14,975 bases of DNA, taken from a virus (lineage: Duplodnaviria > Heunggongvirae > Uroviricota > Caudoviricetes). The first letter of the stretch is position 1, and each line of letters opens with the position of its first letter. The stretch lies in IMG/VR virus record IMGVR_UViG_2700989486_000005; one strand, given 5' to 3'. The position numbers and the translations under genes are program-made. The notes below the pieces were generated by a model. The model had not been told where the DNA came from, searched no databases, and was given only the letters and a program-made list of their open reading frames with translations. Shown piece after piece: positions 13,056-14,975 of the stretch.

Positions 13056-13466
13056 ATGGCTCAGGTTGCCATTTTTAAAGAAATATTCGATCAAGTGCGA
13101 AAAGATTTAAACTGTGAATTGTTTTATTCTGAACTAAAACGTCACAATGTCTCACATTATATTTACTATCTAGCCACAGATAATATTCACATTGTGTTAA
13201 AAAACGATAACACTGTGTTAATAAAAGGACTTAAAAAGGTTGTAAATGTTAAATTCTCAAGAAATACGCATCTTATAGAAACGTCCTTTGATAGGTTGAA
13301 ATCAAGAGAAATCACATTTCAGCAATACAGGGAAAATCTTGCTAAAGCAGGAGTTTTCCGATGGGTTACAAATATCCACGAACATAAAAGATATTACTAT
13401 ACCTTTGATAATTCATTACTATTTACTGAGAGCATTCAGAACACTACACAAATCTTTCCACGCTAA
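13056..13466 (+). CDS. Hypothetical protein, possibly DUF1398/YbcV-like (136 aa from ATG 13056; alternative starts ATG 13014 or TTG 12933)
   Basis: The track ORF 12933..13466 starts at a TTG. ATG at 13056 ([50 protein letters not shown]...) has a GGAAGG Shine-Dalgarno-like motif about 8 nt upstream and gives 136 aa. Lies upstream of bor on the same strand in AT-rich DNA. Family assignment is from memory and unverified. Confidence 0.6.
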   Translation: MAQVAIFKEIFDQVRKDLNCELFYSELKRHNVSHYIYYLATDNIHIVLKNDNTVLIKGLKKVVNVKFSRNTHLIETSFDRLKSREITFQQYRENLAKAGVFRWVTNIHEHKRYYYTFDNSLLFTESIQNTTQIFPR

Positions 13467-13756
13467 ATCATAACGTCCGGTTTCTTCCGTGTCAGCACCG
13501 GGGCGTTGGCATAATGCAATACGTGTACGCGCTAAACCCTGTGTGCATCGTTTTTAATTATTCCCGGACACTCCCGCAGAGAAGTTCCCCGTCAGGGCTG
13601 TGGACATAGTTAATCCGGGAATACAATGACGATTCATCGCACCTGACATACATTAATAAATATTAACAATATGAAATTTCAACTCATTGTTTAGGGTTTG
13701 TTTAATTTTCTACACATACGATTCTGCGAACTTCAAAAAGCATCGGGAATAACACC

Positions 13757-14050
13757 ATGAAAAAAATGCTACTCGCTACTGCGCTGGCCCTGCTTATTAC
13801 AGGATGTGCTCAACAGACGTTTACTGTTCAAAACAAACAGACAGCAGTAGCACCAAAGGAAACCATCACCCATCATTTCTTCGTTTCTGGAATTGGGCAG
13901 AAGAAAACTGTCGATGCAGCCAAAATTTGTGGCGGCGCAGAAAATGTTGTTAAAACAGAAACCCAGCAAACATTCGTAAATGGATTGCTCGGTTTTATTA
14001 CTTTAGGCATTTATACTCCGCTGGAAGCGCGTGTGTATTGCTCAAAATAA
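13757..14050 (+). CDS. bor: Bor outer-membrane lipoprotein (serum-resistance lysogenic-conversion protein)
   Basis: 97-aa ORF MKKMLLATALALLITGCAQQTFTVQNKQ... with signal peptide and lipobox L-I-T-G-C; matches lambda Bor apart from a few substitutions as recalled. Transcribed opposite to the late genes, as in lambda. Confidence 0.93.
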   Translation: MKKMLLATALALLITGCAQQTFTVQNKQTAVAPKETITHHFFVSGIGQKKTVDAAKICGGAENVVKTETQQTFVNGLLGFITLGIYTPLEARVYCSK

Positions 14051-14056
14051 TTGCAT

Positions 14057-14082
14057 GAGTTGCCCATCGATATGGTCAGCTC
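14057..14082. terminator. Imperfect hairpin between convergent bor and Rz (gagttgcccat cgat atggtcagctc)
   Basis: Inverted repeat seen immediately 3' of the bor stop and overlapping the Rz stop. I recall the equivalent lambda site as a perfect palindrome; here the stem carries mismatches or wobbles. Confidence 0.35.
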
Positions 14083-14543
14083 TATCTGCACTGCTCATTA
14101 ATATACTTCTGGGTTCCTTCCAGTTGTTTTTGCATAGTGATCAGCCTCTCTCTGAGGGTGAAATAATCCCGTTCAGCGGTGTCTGCCAGTCGGGGGGAGG
14201 CTGCATTATCCACGCCGGAGGCCGTGGTGGCTTCACGCACTGACTGACAGACTGCTTTGATGTGCAACCGACGACGACCAGCGGCAACATCATCACGCAG
14301 AGCATCATTTTCAGCTTTCGCATCAGCTAACTCCTTCGTGTATTTTGCATCGAGCGCAGCAACATCACGCTGACGCATCTGCATGTCAGTAATTGCCGCG
14401 TTCGCTAGCTTCAGTTCTCTGGCATTTTTGTCGCGCTGGGCTTTGTAGGCGATTGCGTTATCACGGTAATGATTGACCGCCCATGACAGGCTGACGATGA
14501 TGCAGATAATCAGAGCGGATATAATCGCGGTTACTCTGCTCAC
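14082..14543 (-). CDS. Rz: Spanin, inner-membrane subunit (i-spanin)
   Basis: Track ORF 14082..14555 begins at a non-ATG codon; residues from (V/M)[59 protein letters not shown] match lambda Rz (153 aa) with an N-terminal transmembrane segment. Its start overlaps the endolysin stop. Confidence 0.9.
   Translation of the reverse strand: MSRVTAIISALIICIIVSLSWAVNHYRDNAIAYKAQRDKNARELKLANAAITDMQMRQRDVAALDAKYTKELADAKAENDALRDDVAAGRRRLHIKAVCQSVREATTASGVDNAASPRLADTAERDYFTLRERLITMQKQLEGTQKYINEQCR
14141..14323 (-). CDS. Rz1: Spanin, outer-membrane lipoprotein subunit (o-spanin), embedded in Rz in the +1 frame
   Basis: 60-aa [63 protein letters not shown]: lipobox VVGC and proline-rich mature region, wholly inside Rz, as in lambda. 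Confidence 0.87.
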   Translation of the reverse strand: MRKLKMMLCVMMLPLVVVGCTSKQSVSQCVKPPRPPAWIMQPPPDWQTPLNGIISPSERG

Positions 14544-14729
14544 TGTTGCCCCCACAAACAGACTTCACGCTCAATCTCACGACGAGTCATCAGGCCTTTC
14601 CATTGCTTACCGCCAGCGTATGTCCAGCGACGCAGCTGATCACATGCGCCTTTGATATCGCCCTGGTTTATTTTGCGAAGAAGCGTCGATGTTCTAAAAT
14701 TGCCAGCACCCACATTGTAAACGAATGAG
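14540..14729 (-). pseudogene. Endolysin, T4-lysozyme (GH24) type, 3' fragment only; 5' part displaced by an IS1 insertion
   Basis: Minus-strand frame encodes ...[62 protein letters not shown] ending at the Rz start. This is the conserved C-terminal region of GH24 phage lysozymes (as in P22 gp19 or DLP12 RrrD) and is unlike lambda R. The apparent ATG and the first residues MESLP of track ORF 14540..14743 are encoded by the IS1 terminal repeat, not by the lysozyme gene. Confidence 0.8.
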
Positions 14730-14975
14730 GGTAATGACTCCAACTTATTGATAGTGTTTTATGTTCAGATAATGCCCGATGACTTTGTCATGCAGCTCCA
14801 CCGATTTTGAGAACGACAGCGACTTCCGTCCCAGCCGTGCCAGGTGCTGCCTCAGATTCAGGTTATGCCGCTCAATTCGCTGCGTATATCGCTTGCTGAT
14901 TACGTGCAGCTTTCCCTTCAGGCGGGATTCATACAGCGGCCAGCCATCCGTCATCCATATCACCACGTCAAAGGG
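14730..14975 (-). mobile_element. IS1 insertion sequence, right end (IRR plus 3' part of insB); the element continues beyond the window
   Basis: Sequence from about 14730 begins GGTAATGACTCCAACTTATTGATAGTGTTTTATGTTCAGATAATGCCCGATGAC, the characteristic IS1 terminal inverted repeat, followed by the insB 3' coding region. Confidence 0.9.
14745..14975 (-). CDS. insB: IS1 transposase InsB, C-terminal 76 codons (partial; 5' end outside the window)
   Basis: Minus-strand translation ...[73 protein letters not shown] matches the IS1 InsB C-terminus; the frame stays open to the window edge. Confidence 0.88.
   Translation of the reverse strand, partial: PFDVVIWMTDGWPLYESRLKGKLHVISKRYTQRIERHNLNLRQHLARLGRKSLSFSKSVELHDKVIGHYLNIKHYQ

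Noticed and set aside
13769-14243. ORFs antisense to bor (13769..13969, minus) and antisense to Rz (14031..14243, plus)
   Set aside because: Both overlap well-supported genes on the opposite strand and show no independent signals.
14473-14743. Plus-strand ORFs 14473..14655 and 14546..14728, and the ATG start of minus ORF 14540..14743
   Set aside because: The plus-strand ORFs are antisense to the Rz start and the lysozyme fragment. The ATG at 14741-14743 and the MESLP residues come from the IS1 inverted repeat, so this is not a genuine 67-aa gene but a truncated lysozyme fused to IS1 end sequence.

Overview
This window is a contiguous segment of a lambda-like (lambdoid siphovirus) genome in circular or prophage form: the cos site is internal. 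Reading left to right, the minus strand carries the late morphogenetic operon in reverse: the 5' part of tape-measure gene H, then G/T with its -1 frameshift site, V, U, Z, FII, FI, E, D, C with nested Nu3, B, W, terminase A and Nu1. cos lies at about 11.8-12.0 kb. Beyond cos is the phage right end: an AT-rich accessory stretch with three small uncharacterised ORFs, the lipoprotein gene bor on the plus strand, then Rz/Rz1 and the 3' end of an endolysin gene on the minus strand. That endolysin is a T4-lysozyme-type enzyme, not lambda R, and it is cut off by an IS1 element whose right end occupies about 14730-14975. Protein identifications come from the supplied ORF translations compared with lambda sequences recalled from memory; no database search or alignment was run. 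The ORF track translates GTG/TTG starts as M, so several track ORFs are 5'-extended and I have trimmed them to the starts implied by lambda. I did not find a clearly novel system. The most interesting items are the IS1-disrupted, mosaic lysis cassette and the uncharacterised accessory ORFs between cos and bor.
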